A stretch of 58,657 bases of DNA, counting the filler, from Sphacelaria rigidula (Eukaryota), in the NCBI GenBank assembly GCA_964200075.2. It is 6 parts of 6 records of this genome, joined end to end, with 100 filler letters (N's around TTAATTAATTAA, not from the genome) between each part and the next. Parts side by side here need not be neighbours in the genome. Positions count along the whole stretch, not along the records: positions 9,796 to 19,489 come from CAXNAA020007950.1; positions 19,590 to 29,282 come from CAXNAA020007951.1; 4 more parts are not named here. One strand, written 5' to 3'. The notes beneath the pieces were generated by a model. That model had not been told where the DNA came from. It ran no database searches and saw only the letters and a program-made list of their open reading frames with translations. Every line of letters starts with the position of its first letter. The first letter of the stretch is position 1. The position numbers and the translations under genes are program-made. Shown here in pieces: positions 11,525 to 24,600 of the stretch.

Positions 11525-12940
11525 TCACATAATACTCATGGCAAAATTACGGTGAAACGTAAAATTTCCCGTCGGCAACACTCTCGTCAAGAAATCGGCA
11601 TGCTGAAATTCCGATGCTACATGGATAAGCGAAATCTCTTTCCTTGCTTCAAGTTCTCTGATGAAATGATGTCGCACGTCAATGTGCTTGGAGTTGGAAT
11701 TCGTCACAGGTATCTTCACAATCTGGATAGCCCCCTCATTATCCTCAAACACGGGAATGCACGGCATGACCATCTCCGGCAACATGAAACGCCAAACCTG
11801 TCGCAAAAACAATACCTCCTTGAGGACATCAGTGATGACAACGTACTCAGCCTCCGCTGTGGACACCGTCACACACTTCTGCGTCCTCGAAAACCATGAC
11901 ACATATCCACCCTCACACATAATCAATCCCCCAGCCACCGACCGTCTGTCAGCTGCCTTGCTTGCATGGTCTGCGTCACTGAGCACTTGAGAGCTCAATC
12001 CAGCAAAGCTACCTTTGTAGAAGGTGATACCTACTGAACTTGTATGCTTCACATATCCCAAGATTCCAAGTGCAGTGCGCCAATGAATGAGTTTGGGAGA
12101 GGCACAATATCTGGCCACTGCACGCACCGCGTTAGATATGTCTGGCCTCGTTTGAGTTGCCAGCCACATCAATGATCCTACCAATTCCCGAAATGTAAAA
12201 GTCGTTGTCTCTTCTTCTGCACTAAACTCTTCAAGTTTCACACTCGCTGACATGGGAATACTTTCCCCCTTCTCTACGTTGTACTCCTTCGCCAACTCTT
12301 CCACGTATGTCTGCTGCGAAATCTTAATAGCCCTTCTCTCGATGTCTCTCTCATAGTATAGTCCAGAGTACGCAAATCTCCAAGATTTTTCATTGGAACC
12401 ATCTTGCTGAGTTCCAAACCGAACTCGTCACACCTATCCTTGTCTCCCACCGCAAAGATGTCGTCTACATAACCTACGATTGTGATGATCACCCTACTAT
12501 CCTTCATCAATCGAAATACACATGAATCCGCCAAACATTACTCAAATCCCATGCCTCTCAAGTAATTTTGCCAAGTGGGTATGTAATTGCCTACTCGCCT
12601 GTTTCAACCCACATAACGAACGATTCAATCTTACTATCTTACCAGACAAGCTACCACAACCAGGCGGCAAGCGCATGAACACATCCTCTTCCAACTCGGA
12701 CTGAACAAAAGCTTGTTCTATGTCAAACTGACGCAATGCAAGATCCTGTTCACAAGCCATAGCCGCCAACAAATGCACACTAAAAACAGCTACGGTGGGG
12801 GCATACAGTTCTCCGAAATCTACGTTCGCTCTCTCCATGTCTCCTCTTGCTACTAATGTCGACTTCATCTTCGTGGGCCAGCCAAATTCATCTGCCTTCC
12901 AATTATATATCCATTTGGCATGGATATAATGTTTTACTAA
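11525..12940 (-). pseudogene. Copia reverse transcriptase / RNase H (frameshifted)
   Basis: LVARG, FDIEQAFVQ, LCGLKQA, GYVDDI, ELVGSLMWL, SDAD, STAEAEY, EDNEGAI, SKHIDVRHHFIRE and ADFLT motifs across ORFs 12542-12868, 12274-12534 and 11525-12304. Confidence 0.92.
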
Positions 12941-12943
12941 TTG

Positions 12944-14700
12944 CTATTCAGCCGCTTCGACAGTCCCTGCGTCCAGATTTCCCCACCACTCCCGGTCCAT
13001 CGAGTGCTTCCAAAGTGTACCGTACTTGAAGGTCACCGCTTTTGTGTAGCTCTTCGGCACCTTGAGGTCCTTCGCCGGGCACTGAGGAAGCTCAGGCGCG
13101 TTGTGCGGCGGGAGCTCCTCGTGCTTGGCTACTTCGATGTCCTCGCGCGTCGCCAGCGTCGGCGCGTTCCGCACTGGTGTCCCCCCTCGCCTCCCTGATC
13201 TAGTGCCCTTGCTCTGATTTCCCGCGTTGACGACGTCGCGCGTGAGGAGAGCAGACAGCAAAGACTGCTTGTCCAGCTGCTCCATTAGTGCAATGCTATG
13301 ATGTACAAATGCGGAGTTTTCTGCGTTGTACTGCGCGGTCCTCGAACGCGTGCGTCCTGGCTGCCGGGGATCTGTCTCCCGACGCAACTCCTTCACGACC
13401 CTCGGCGGGAGAGGCGAGAAGAAATTGCCTCCAGTAGCAGATGGTGAACGCCCGGTTGAGGGAGGTGCTAACGGAATCGGCGAGGACCCGGGAGTGCTGG
13501 TGAATATCGGGGGCGAAGTCGGTGTCGGCGGCGTCGGCGGCGACTGCGATTGCTGAGGACGCGGCGGCGGCGGCGGCGGCGGAGATTGCTGCTGGCTCGA
13601 TGACGTCGGCGGCGGCGGCGGCGGCGGCTGCGAAGACGGTTGCGCGATCTCCAGAATAATTGAGTGTTGTTGTGCCGGTGGCGGAGGGGATTGCGTTGGT
13701 GGTGCAGCTACAGCAATCGCATCTTCCCCCTCCTTTCCGGCGAGCGGCGTCGCTGCCGACTGCAGGGGTTGACGCGGGACGGTCCACACGACGTTGTTGA
13801 TGTAGCAAACAACGCCAGTTGCAGCCTTCACTACCTTTACGGTTGTGGAAGAATGGTTGCTGCCGTTGTTAAGATAACGGCAGGCAACAGACTGCACATC
13901 CGATTTGTGTCGGCGGTTCACCCGCATCATACCTGGCTGGAGAAAAGGTATGATCTGCACAGGCGGAGCCTTTCCGGTGAAGACGCGATAGGGAGACGTC
14001 TGCCCCGGGTTAGCCGTTGTTGCCGAGCGGTTGAAGCCGTCCGCTGTCCAGACAGCTGCCTCCAGCCACAAGCGTTCCAAGTCATTTCCAAGATGAGGTA
14101 TGTCCCCGATACCGGCGTCCGGAAAAAGGCGAAACGCCTCCCGACGCGCTGCGTGCCCCGCCTTCATTACACGCCAAATTGCATTCTCAGCAACGCCCTC
14201 ATGCTTCGGGGTGTCCGGAGCGGTGTACTCGCGGCAAATCCGGGACTCATCGCAGAAACTGGCGAACGCCGCGGATGTGAACTCGCCGCCGTTGTCCATC
14301 CGAAAGCAGCGCGGCGAACCGATCACGCTCACGTCAGCGATATAGCGCTTCACTTTCGCGAGCGTGTCGGCCTTCCGCGATAGCCCGTACAGCATCATGA
14401 ATCGTGATTTGCTATCCACACAGGCCAGCATATACGTGGAGCCGCCAAGCGTCCGTGGATGTGGACCGGTGAGGTCGAGATGTACCATGCCGAGCACAGT
14501 GGTAGCGCGCAGACCTAGACGCCGTGGAATGCCAGTCCTTCGACCCTTCGCCTCTAGACAACCAGAGCACGGCTGCAGTGTACCAGTGAGCGTGATACCC
14601 TGTTATTCAGCAGTGGCTCGCAATAGGGCTTCATGGGCGTGTGCAAGGCAAAGGTGGAATAAGTTCATATCCACTTCACGAGTGGGTTTCCCTACGGTAA
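12944..14700 (-). pseudogene. Copia integrase (HHCC zinc finger + DDE core) with Pro-rich linker
   Basis: HLCLAH...CSGC, HLDLTGP, VDSKSR, RMDNGGEF, TAPDTPKHEGVAE; in-frame stop at ~14603. Confidence 0.9.
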
Positions 14701-15438
14701 AAGGGCTTGCATTGGGGGCAAGAATAGCCAGGGCCATACTCTCATCGATTGTATCATGAGATTCATTCATACTCGAGAGACGTGGAAACAAATCTTTGTA
14801 CGGGGTATCGTCAAATCCTGCCATCAACCTGTGATCTTCAAACACCCTCAAGTCTGGAAGCAAAAGTCCTTCTACAGCTGCAAGGCCTGAAGAATTCTCG
14901 ACAGCTACTTGACTACCTTGGGGAGTAGCACCGTTGCACACTTCGGGGGACCTAGCTACCGTAGTCCTGTGCTGACTGGACGAGACACAAACACTGGGGG
15001 AATGATCTTCTGAGCTTATGAACGGAGCAGATGGTACACGCATATCGCGGGAAGAATTCGCGACACTCTGTTGTGGAGTAGGTGGAAAAGCATGACCGGC
15101 GGGGACAGGTACAGTGCTGTTGGTCTGAGTAGGTTTTGAATTCACACCGAGGGAAGAACCTTCTGCACCATTAGTCAGAGCAGGGGGCATGCACACACCG
15201 TGGGAACGAGCTATACAGTACTGTTAGATGAAGTAGGGACACGAATACAGGGAAGGACCTACTGTATTGCTGGTTCAACCAGGCGCACACACATTGGGGG
15301 CGGTAGCGACTGTGACAGCAGGCGCAGCAAGAGGACAGTGAACATATTCTGGCGAAAGCCTGGTCGCTCGCTGAGAAGAGGAGCGTTTATTCCGATCAAA
15401 CCGCAACTTGCCGTCAAACAAATGAACGCCTGATCCAC

Positions 15439-17741
15439 TCAGTAGTGTATCCGTCTTTTTTGTACCTGATGCAAGGAAAACAAATTAAACGGAATACCTT
15501 CAACTACGTCTGTCATTTGTACACAGAAATCGGAAGGGGGGGCGTCAAAGGTACCAGGCATGTGGAACTTGAGTTTCAAGCTCCCTACAGCGATCACAGG
15601 AAGTACGGTATCATTCCCTACGGCTACGTACTCATTTCCTGTTGGGGGAGGGCGAAGATCAAGCATTCCATCCATGGATCCAGTTGTGTGGTGACTGGCT
15701 CCGTTGTCAGCCAGCCACTCTTCCGTTCCATCCCCTACCATGTCTAGCCTACCACCCTGGGAAAGCAACGCAAGATTCTCCGAGTCTACGTTGTCTAGGT
15801 GAAACCTGGAAACACTCACAGATTCTGCCATACACAAATGCAAAGGCGTCGAAAAGACTGAACTGGCAGCGGCTGCGTCGACAGAGGGTGCAGGTGAGGG
15901 CAGTTGTTGCTGTTGGTGGTGGTGAGGGGAAGGTAGTTGATGCTGTTGGTGCTGCTGTTGGGGAAGTTGATGTTGATGTTGAGGTTGACTGTACTGCACC
16001 GGGTTGGACGACTGCACACAATGATCAAAGCCAGATCCACTGAAACTGCTCTGGGTTTCCTCTTCCGGACCGTATCAATTGTCGTCGTAGTAGTAGTAGT
16101 TGCTGGGATCATCGTGCGGTTGACTGGCTTGTGCTACACCGTACGAGTGTGGCAATGCTGTAGGTAATGTTGTAGACCGAGAGTGGGGGTGTTGTACACC
16201 ATAACGAGGTTGGGCATCATGTTGCGAGGTGTGATGAGTCTGCTGCCGACCTCCTGTACGCCACGAACAGTACGTATGCATATGGCCCAACTCTCCGCAA
16301 GAAGTGCAACGTTTTCGAGGATCCGCGAGGTGAATGGGCGTCTCATTCCCAAGCGAGCGGTATAGCCCCACAGGATACCCCGAGTAATCGTAACCTTCCG
16401 GAGGGGGATCGTAGGAGGGCAGTGGACTGCCCGGGTGTGGTGATGACTCGACATATCTACCACCACGTACATCATCACCATACCTGGGATTCTGCCCACG
16501 TCCCGGTCCTCGCCGTCCTTGTCTTCCTTGCTGTTGAAGTCCCTGGGGATACTGTTGCGGTCGTCCAGGTCCATGTACCATCGCTCGGCGTCCTCCTACG
16601 AAGTCCGAGTATGACGGGGTATACCACCCCTTACCACCACGGCCTGCTTGTGGTTGTAGACCGCGGCGAGCAGGACAGTTGGAGTCATCGTGATGGTTGG
16701 TGTTGTGGTAGTTGCAGAAGGATCCATGTTGATGTTGGCGGCGTCTCGTTCCTCCGGAGTTCCGCCCGTTCTGAGTACTCCCGTCACGACCACCACTGAT
16801 CGCCACGACGAGGGCGCTGCCCTCCTGGGCGTCCCCTGACCTAGCTCGTGCCAGTTCATGTTCTCCGTGGACCATTGTCACACAACGCTCGACAACTCCA
16901 AAATCAATATCCTCTGTACCAAAAAGCATGCTCTTTTGAATATCGTACTCTGCTGACAATCGACGTACAATGTGTCTACACGCATCTGCATCCGACATGG
17001 TTATCCCATGTTTCGCCCGTTTGTGTCGAATGAGTTTTGCTCTGGTGAAAAACATGAGGGGGAGCTCTCCTGCACTCACTTGAAGCGTGTTCCATTCGAT
17101 TTCCAGTCTTGCCTTTGCGGTGTTCACGGGAGTCTGATAGAACTTTACGACGTGGTGTCAAGCCTCACTTGGTGAACCAAGCATTGTAATCTGCTCTACG
17201 AGACGGGGGTACATAATGTTTTCAATAATTATGTCCAAGCCCTGATAGCCTGGTCCACGTCGCCTGAATCATACTTCATTTTGATTTCTTCCTCGCTCTC
17301 GAAATGTACTTTTATGGGAACACGGGGGATCAACGCAGACACACAGTTCTCTTGCCTAAAATAGTTCTCCAACTGTACCTTGAATACAGTAAACTTCTCA
17401 CTCAATGTCTCTCCATTCTTTGCCGAACCGTCCCACGGGGTAATTGAGCTTGATGTGCGGAGTTTAAACAAGTTGGCTATCTGGGCGGGATTGAACACTA
17501 GAGGTACTTGCTGTCGGAGGTTTGCTGTGGGTCCTTGCCGAAGGGTTTCATCTCTACGGGCATGAATTGCCTCTTCAAGGCATTGGTTTCTCTCTTCAGC
17601 CATCTCTCCAAGTAGGGTCTCATTCTGTCGTCTCAACGCTTCAATCATATTCTTCTCCTGCTCACGTCTCTGTTGCTCAAACAAATCCCGAAGAAGTTCC
17701 TGCGTTTCGTGAGGCAGGGCCTCGAGTTTTGAGTGATCCAT
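15439..17741 (-). pseudogene. Copia gag and aspartic protease (interrupted)
   Basis: Zinc knuckles CNYHNTNHHDDSNC and CTSCGELGHMHTYC; protease motif WLADNGASHH; NLFSL motif. Confidence 0.85.
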
Positions 17742-18341
17742 ACTACACTCTCCTCTCCAAGTGAACCAATCTCAAGCTAATCCCTTGGCTGCTAGATCCT
17801 ATAAGCTACTCGAGCTAGCGTAAGTGCAAAAGGTGCACTTTCGTGCCTTGTAGCGGGAAGCTACGGGTGCAAATGTTACACAGGCAATGATGCTTTTTAG
17901 CAGGGTGCTACGTGAGCGATCACTGCAATGCTTGTTGAGCCAAAAACAGATGGCAACATATGCTATTATAACCTCTGTATGACCCGACCAGCTTACCAAT
18001 AAACCCGGGTCAGTCAACCCGAACCATCTTTCCCGGGTCTGTCACCCTGGGACTGTCATCCTCCAACCCCCAGTCTGGGATCGTCATTCTCCCGTCTCGG
18101 GAGGTATCCCCGTGGGTGCCTCCCCCACCCTGTCAGTTCTGTGCCTCGACCCAAACCGGCTTGCAAAGTCCGTCCTGTTCAAGTCCACGTCACGGCTCCG
18201 CACACCCCTTACCCTTTCACCGAGTGAGAAGCTACTACCTACCTACCTACACACACACACCGTCCGGGTAGGATAAGTCACATTCACTGTCCGACTGTGT
18301 CTTATATTGGCGTCTTGACGGCAGCGATCTAAGCTCTGATC

Positions 18342-19489
18342 ATGTCAAACCCTCACTCCATCGACACCCTCCTCAACCACGGTTTGGACTTTGAGCCACC
18401 TGACACTGCTGACACCATGCCCAACTCCGGTACCGAAGAGTCCAAGGGTGACACCCCGGCTGACAACGCGCACGAACACATTCCCCTTGCCGCCGCCGCG
18501 GCTGCGGCAGCAGCTGAAGTAGCTGAAGCAGCCGCGAACCCGTCCCCACAGACCGCAGCCATGGCAGCAGCAGCAGCTGCAGCTGCAGCAGCCGCGCCGT
18601 CTCAGCCGACCCCTTCTTCCACGGCGTCACCTGCCTCACTTCGGACCACCACGTCACCCCCAACTGCCACCACGTCACCTCCCCGCGCCACTTCATCTTC
18701 CACGTCGACTTCAACCTCCGACGCACGCAGCGACGCGATGACTGCAATGTGGCGTACCGTACAACTCGAGTTCGAGAAGGTCAACACTGGTCAAACCCCT
18801 GAGGTATCTGCGCATGTCCGACAAATAGCATCAGATCTTGCCAAAATGTCCCGTACTGTGACTCGTAGCGGCGGTAGCTCAGTTGATGCCCTAGCAGATC
18901 GTTTGTCGACGGTGATGTCCGACCATTTCCAGAAGGTGTGTCATATAACACCAGCTGACCTCAAACACTGCCCGCGCATCATTGATACTACAACTTGTAC
19001 AGATCTCCCCCAGGTTCTGAGTAGTTACCGTATTAAAGTTGGCTTCACAGCTAAATCTTTGCGCCCCAACGACCCCTCTTACGGCCATGTCCTGGCCTAC
19101 GAACACCTCTCTCTTATCCTCGACGGGGGTAGCTTGTTGGTGTATAATCAGTTAATGGAAGGCCAGATTGATTGGGCGTCAGACCGTGTCACGCCGGACG
19201 ATGTGCGTTTGTCATGGTTCGATACTTACCACCTAGGTGGGGAGGTGCCAGTTCAGTGGGCACCGGGGCTAGAGAACCCAAACACAATCATTAGTATCGA
19301 AGCCATTGAGTTCGACATTACCAAGTGTAAAGTCAGCCACCGCACCAGTGGTCAGGTGGAATGTCATGAGCCGCGCAGGCTGCAAGACAACATGTGTTGC
19401 ATGAAGGTCAGGCTTACATTTGTGACGACCAAAAACAACAAATTGTGCGAATTGAGGTTTACCTCCGAGATGAGGTTCAAGCCTAAAAC
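18342..19489 (+). CDS. Uninterrupted gag/ORF1-like ORF of an unclassified retroelement, truncated by contig end
   Basis: Intronless ORF of ~380 codons with Ala/Ser/Thr-rich N-terminus, preceded by a PBS-like TGGCGTC (18308) after a possible LTR. The last ~95 codons look like read-through into other repeats. No diagnostic motif recognised. Confidence 0.4.
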
Positions 19490-19589
19490 NNNNNNNNNNN
19501 NNNNNNNNNNNNNNNNNNNNNNNNNNNNNNNNNTTAATTAATTAANNNNNNNNNNNNNNNNNNNNNNNNNNNNNNNNNNNNNNNNNNNN
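19490..19589. other. Artificial contig-joining linker
   Basis: N44-TTAATTAATTAA-N44. Confidence 0.98.
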
Positions 19590-21602
19590 CCCCAATTTGG
19601 GTACTTCAGATACGACTTTCAAAATACCCCGCAATTGAGTATACTCTACTCGACCTACCCTTGGACATTTGTGTTTTTCCATGAGAGTGTTTGATTTCCG
19701 CCGTTAGAAACGCGAGGATATGAGTATCAAAGAACAGCAATAAATCATTTTATGAGAGTCCACGCGGTGTTGGAGGGATGACCATTCGCGGTGCCAAATA
19801 GATGTAAGGTGTCTACCGGAGGAGAAATGGGTTCACCCGTCGAGACCAAGGGCCCGTCCGGAGGGAGGGAAAGAGTTGAGAGTTCGGCGTGAAAACAAAT
19901 GTGGCCTCAGCGCCTCAGCGGATTGCCGTAATATCGAATATCTTGATACCGAAGACAAGAAATGGAAATCCAGCAACAGTCGATCTCTTTGGGATATGAA
20001 AGGGCGGATACATGAAAGTTATTGTCACATTCAGTCACCGGTGCGATATATACGAAGTACTCTTGGAGTTGACCTGTTACCTGTTGTCTTCAGTTGAGTC
20101 TCGGTTTCGAAAAAGTCGTCACCGGCATCTCCCAGTATTTCAAAACAAGTCGACCGTCAGATTCTCATCCACCTAGTTCTTGATGGCAGGCCGCGTCTGT
20201 TTTCACTATTTGAAACCTGGAATTGCAAGAACTGCCGTGCGATGCCACCGATCTCTCCAGCCACGCCGCATGCAGCATGTCGCAGACCTTCACTACGTGT
20301 TGCATGCCGCCGGTAGAATAGCAAGAGCATCTATCGATAGGGGCATGGGCGTTTCGCTGCTCCCCCCCTCCCCCTCTCCTATGTGTTTCCATGACGCATG
20401 CATCCGCGGCACGCAACAGCTGGCGAGTAGAACCTGTGTTTTGTGTCTCGGCACGTGTAGTAAGCAAGAGTCACTTGCTGCTCAGCACCCTCAGTCAGAA
20501 TGTGCACCGTTCGAGCCGTTGAGTTGCAGGCACTCAATCCCCAAATCAAAGTCGGCCCTACAAGTCACCTTCCCCGCCCGTGTACAACCAATGCGACGAG
20601 ACTGTTCTCACATGTCTTGACAGACAGCAGGAGCAGCTGAGGCACCGCTCAGCAATGATTGTTCAATGTTGTTCTAAAGCAGGCACCTTACCCGCACGCT
20701 GCATTTCCGCCGCATACATGTACTCGCCAGTAGCGGAGATAGCTAGACAGTACCGTCGTGCTCTCCGGTATGCTTCTACGGTTGACGATATTTTGCAGGC
20801 AGCTTTTGTTTTGCATCCCACAGCGGGTAGTGCACAACGGTAACACCTTCCACAATGCACTCAGTGCGACCAATCGTACAGCCACCTGCGAAAGTCCGGG
20901 AAAACGGGCCAATATGGTGATTATCGTACTGGGTTTGGATACGGTGGCAGAACTTCATGGCTCAGCAGAGGTAGTGATGGAGTACCCTTCCATCGACCGC
21001 TTGCAATGTCTCATCCCAGAACTCAAAATTTGTGGCCGGTCCGCGTCAATTTTGTCCGTCTCTGTAGAAATCCTGTGTGTGTGCGTGTTGTCCCATCTAT
21101 TCTGGGCGCCGGTCTACACCTTTCGGTATATGTCCGTGCACCAGCCGGGGTCACACAGGAAGGTAAACACGGAAGCTTTTTCTTTTTGTTTATTATTACT
21201 ACCTCACCTTCTTCTGCGGTGCTTGCCTTTATTTTTTATCGCGAGAGGGGTTCAGCAGTTCCTTTCCCTTGTCGACCGTTATTCCTCAATACCTTAAATC
21301 ACAGACCTGAGGCGAGATGGGCAAGCAAGTTGGTGTCCTTTCCAACAATACCATCCGTTTTGTGTAGTATGCTGTATGTAGCGAGCAATTCATGATCCTG
21401 CTCGTCCTACAACGCGACGGCAGTTGTAATCACGTGGGTATCCTGCCTTGAAGCACGTCAAGAACGAAACGCATTTGTTACATTACTCCTTATGGTGCGC
21501 AATCAGCTATACGTTTTGCATTGCTGTCCATGCTCGAGCCTAAACTACACAAGGTGATCGGATCACCCCCTGACCCGTCGCCTCTCCCTACTTCCGTCAC
21601 AG

Positions 21603-24600
21603 ATCTTGAGAGGAAAAGCTTTGCGTTCCGACACGGACACTTTGGAGGAGGCAGGTATTTTCCCGCGCTCTAAAGCAGGGGTGGGGACAAGTTCCACAGT
21701 TCACACACCCCCGCGACTGATGCTGGTCGGGAGCACGCAATCCGAAGTGGAGGTGGCCCGTTCCGGCCCGCCGGGTCTTGGGAGGAATCTGGCGGTCCGG
21801 AATGATCTGAATGGAATGGCCATACCCAAAGGATACAAGCGAGTATCGTTGAATTATCAGGCGTCACCGGATGACTCGCCGTTTTCGCCGTACAGGTGAG
21901 ATGAGACAACCAAACCATCAGTGGTACACGTCGCGGTAGATGGTGTAATGTGTGATGGTTGCGTGAACGTTGGCACCGATGGTTATGAGGGGTGGACTGA
22001 ACATGCGTCGAGTGGTGTTGGCGTGGCTGGTGAGCTCGGGGATTGCAAGGGTCATTCTACATCTCAACCTACTATGGTGATGGCGCCCGTAACAGGGCAA
22101 ACAGAGGTGGCACGTAGCTGAGGGCTATAACAGCACCTCCCGCGACGGTCCTTTTGGGTACAGCTGGAAATCAATCAATTATGGTGACGTATACGCGTGT
22201 GTTCCGTTGGGCACGAACTCGATGCGGAAACAGAACAGTGGCGCGTTTATGTGTTCTTGTTTTCCTTCTCAAGCTAGAGTGCGAAATGGCTTTCTTGATA
22301 ACGTACTGCGAGTTTTTTTTTTGTGGAGACTTGAACCGCGAAAAAAAGTTGGAGCCGAAATATAAATGAGTGATCCCGTGCACACACCGTTCACGTCACG
22401 TTCGAAATGTGCTCACCGCGTACTAGGTTCCAGAAGATCGAAACTTTGCCTGGACTACCTGAAGAAGAAACCGCGCAGAAAATTCTTGAGACGCTGGCAG
22501 ACGATCCCGGAATAAGGGCTGTGTTGGAAAAACACCGGTGGACCGTTGGGGCTCTTTGCGAGCTGTATCCCGAAGGAAAGGTGGGGATTTCCGTGATGGA
22601 AATGGCCGCTGTGATTTCCACCTTGATCGCTGGGCACCGGTGCAGAATACGGTACACCGAGAAGGGACAGAGACCATTTCCTGCGAGACGCTCTTGTACT
22701 CAGCAAGCGTAAGCTAGGCATCCAGGTTGCCTTGTTCATCTCGTCCGTTTTTTATTGCATGATGTGGGGTGGAGAAATTCAACCAACTCTGTGCATCGGG
22801 GAAGATCGTACCACGCATTGTTTGAGTGGAATACACCCGTGAGGCAGTGTATGAGCCGTGGCTGTCTTTGGAAGTGGCGATACCACAGGATAAAGCAACT
22901 CATTCACGGCTTTCATCTATATGCAAGATAATTGGTATGCTTTGGGCCGAACAATACTAGTAGTATTCAGCTCAGCCCTGATGCGACTCGCTGAACAGGT
23001 CACGGCTTTCCGTGCCTGGTGACTGTTGGTCCGGCGCAAACCGGACGTGCCCCGTCGCAGCTTTGTAGGGATGCGACGTCAATGGTGTTGTGACTACGGC
23101 ATGCGGGATCATGAATACATACACCCCCCTCTCCTTGTCACCTTGTCCTCTAGGTCGGTATTAGCGATAAGTGCGTTTTGGGACTGAACCAGAATCACGG
23201 CCAGAAGATCCTTCTGCGGCTGCGAACAGACGATCTACGAGGGTTCCGCAAGGTGTGTCGTGTTCTTCGTTACAAATTTCACAGCTAGTACGTAAAAGCG
23301 AGTTGAGCCAAACAGTCGGGTATGACAATATTTGGTGGTGCGCGAGATCAGCGAGAGACCGGTGAGGTTGGGCAGTGAAGGAGGGCTACGCGTCATGACT
23401 AATATGCCCTTTACATCGTCGTGATCGACTGGACGTTTGAGCATGAAGCCTCACATGCATGTCTGGATGTGTGGCACGTCTTCGGCGCCAGTACATGCAG
23501 CGGCATACGGTTACGAAGCAGGAGGTGATATAAAGCGTCGCTGACCTTGCACTTTGAGAGACGTGACCTGTTGCTGGTTCTGTACGCATGTTTCCGGGCT
23601 TGCTTCTTGCTTCGTGTTCTGTTCACGCCACGGGTGCAGATGTTGTCAATTCGCAAGGTATTATACCACGAGCTGGCGCACAACGACATCAGCGACCACA
23701 ACAACGAGTTCTACATGCTCATGCGACAGGTACGAGAATTTTGTTTTATTTCACTTTGCTTTTTTCCTGTTGAGGTTCACTGCACACGAGCAGCGGTGGA
23801 AAATACCGGAGGGCAACACCTCATTTTGACTGTAGTACGCGCGCGTCCAGGACGGACGAACGTAGTTGAACATACAGCTAGCCACCGTGCCATCGTGCGA
23901 GACATACGGTGAGTTGTACCGATGTACGCAGCTGAAAAACTTTGAGAGGTGCCAACGGAACTGTGGATCTCGACACTACAAACATACACGCGTGTGTGTA
24001 CGGCAGATGTTGACTAATCTCTGTTGATAATAATTCAAATGTCGAATTCCGTATGATGCGTCGGCCTACAAACCCTTGCCGCTCGCTCGACCCTGGTGAC
24101 TTGCCGTCAGCAGCCATGTACCGGGACACGAATACTCACCCCTTTGTCCTCCTTTGCATCCGTCCATCCATATCGTCGTTCACACATTCCTGTGTTATCC
24201 CAACGGCTACAAAGTAACGAACGATTCCCCCCCCCCCCACACACACAAGAAACTACGGCACCGCAGACGTTCGCAACTTACCTCCCCACACCACCTTCCC
24301 TCTTCAACGTTCATTTCACGCTTCAAATGGTCAGGTGGAAAACGAAGCTGCCGAACTTGACTGGACGAAGCAGTCTGGCCGGACGGTTTCCGGCGGGGGA
24401 CCATTGGCCCGCGCGGAGGGCGCAGACGGCGGCGGTGGTTACGTCTTGGTGAAGGAAGCTTTTGAAGGGGGCTCGGGCCGCCTCGGCGGTGACAGCGATG
24501 CTCTCAAGCATGTGCGTGTTCGTTGCTCGAAGTGTGATCCCTTAGCGGGGTTCCGGAATGATGAGGGGATCTAATACTCGACCGACACCAATACCCTTTT

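Larger units (their letters stand above)
11294..17790 (-). mobile_element. Ty1/copia LTR retrotransposon, degenerate
   Basis: Order gag-PR-IN-RT-RH on the minus strand, with several stops and frameshifts. Candidate 3' LTR at 11294-11500; no matching 5' LTR seen. Confidence 0.92.

Noticed and set aside
19219-19235. U1 snRNA-like ATACTTACC
   Set aside because: Only 9 nt match, with no downstream U1 stem-loops or Sm site.
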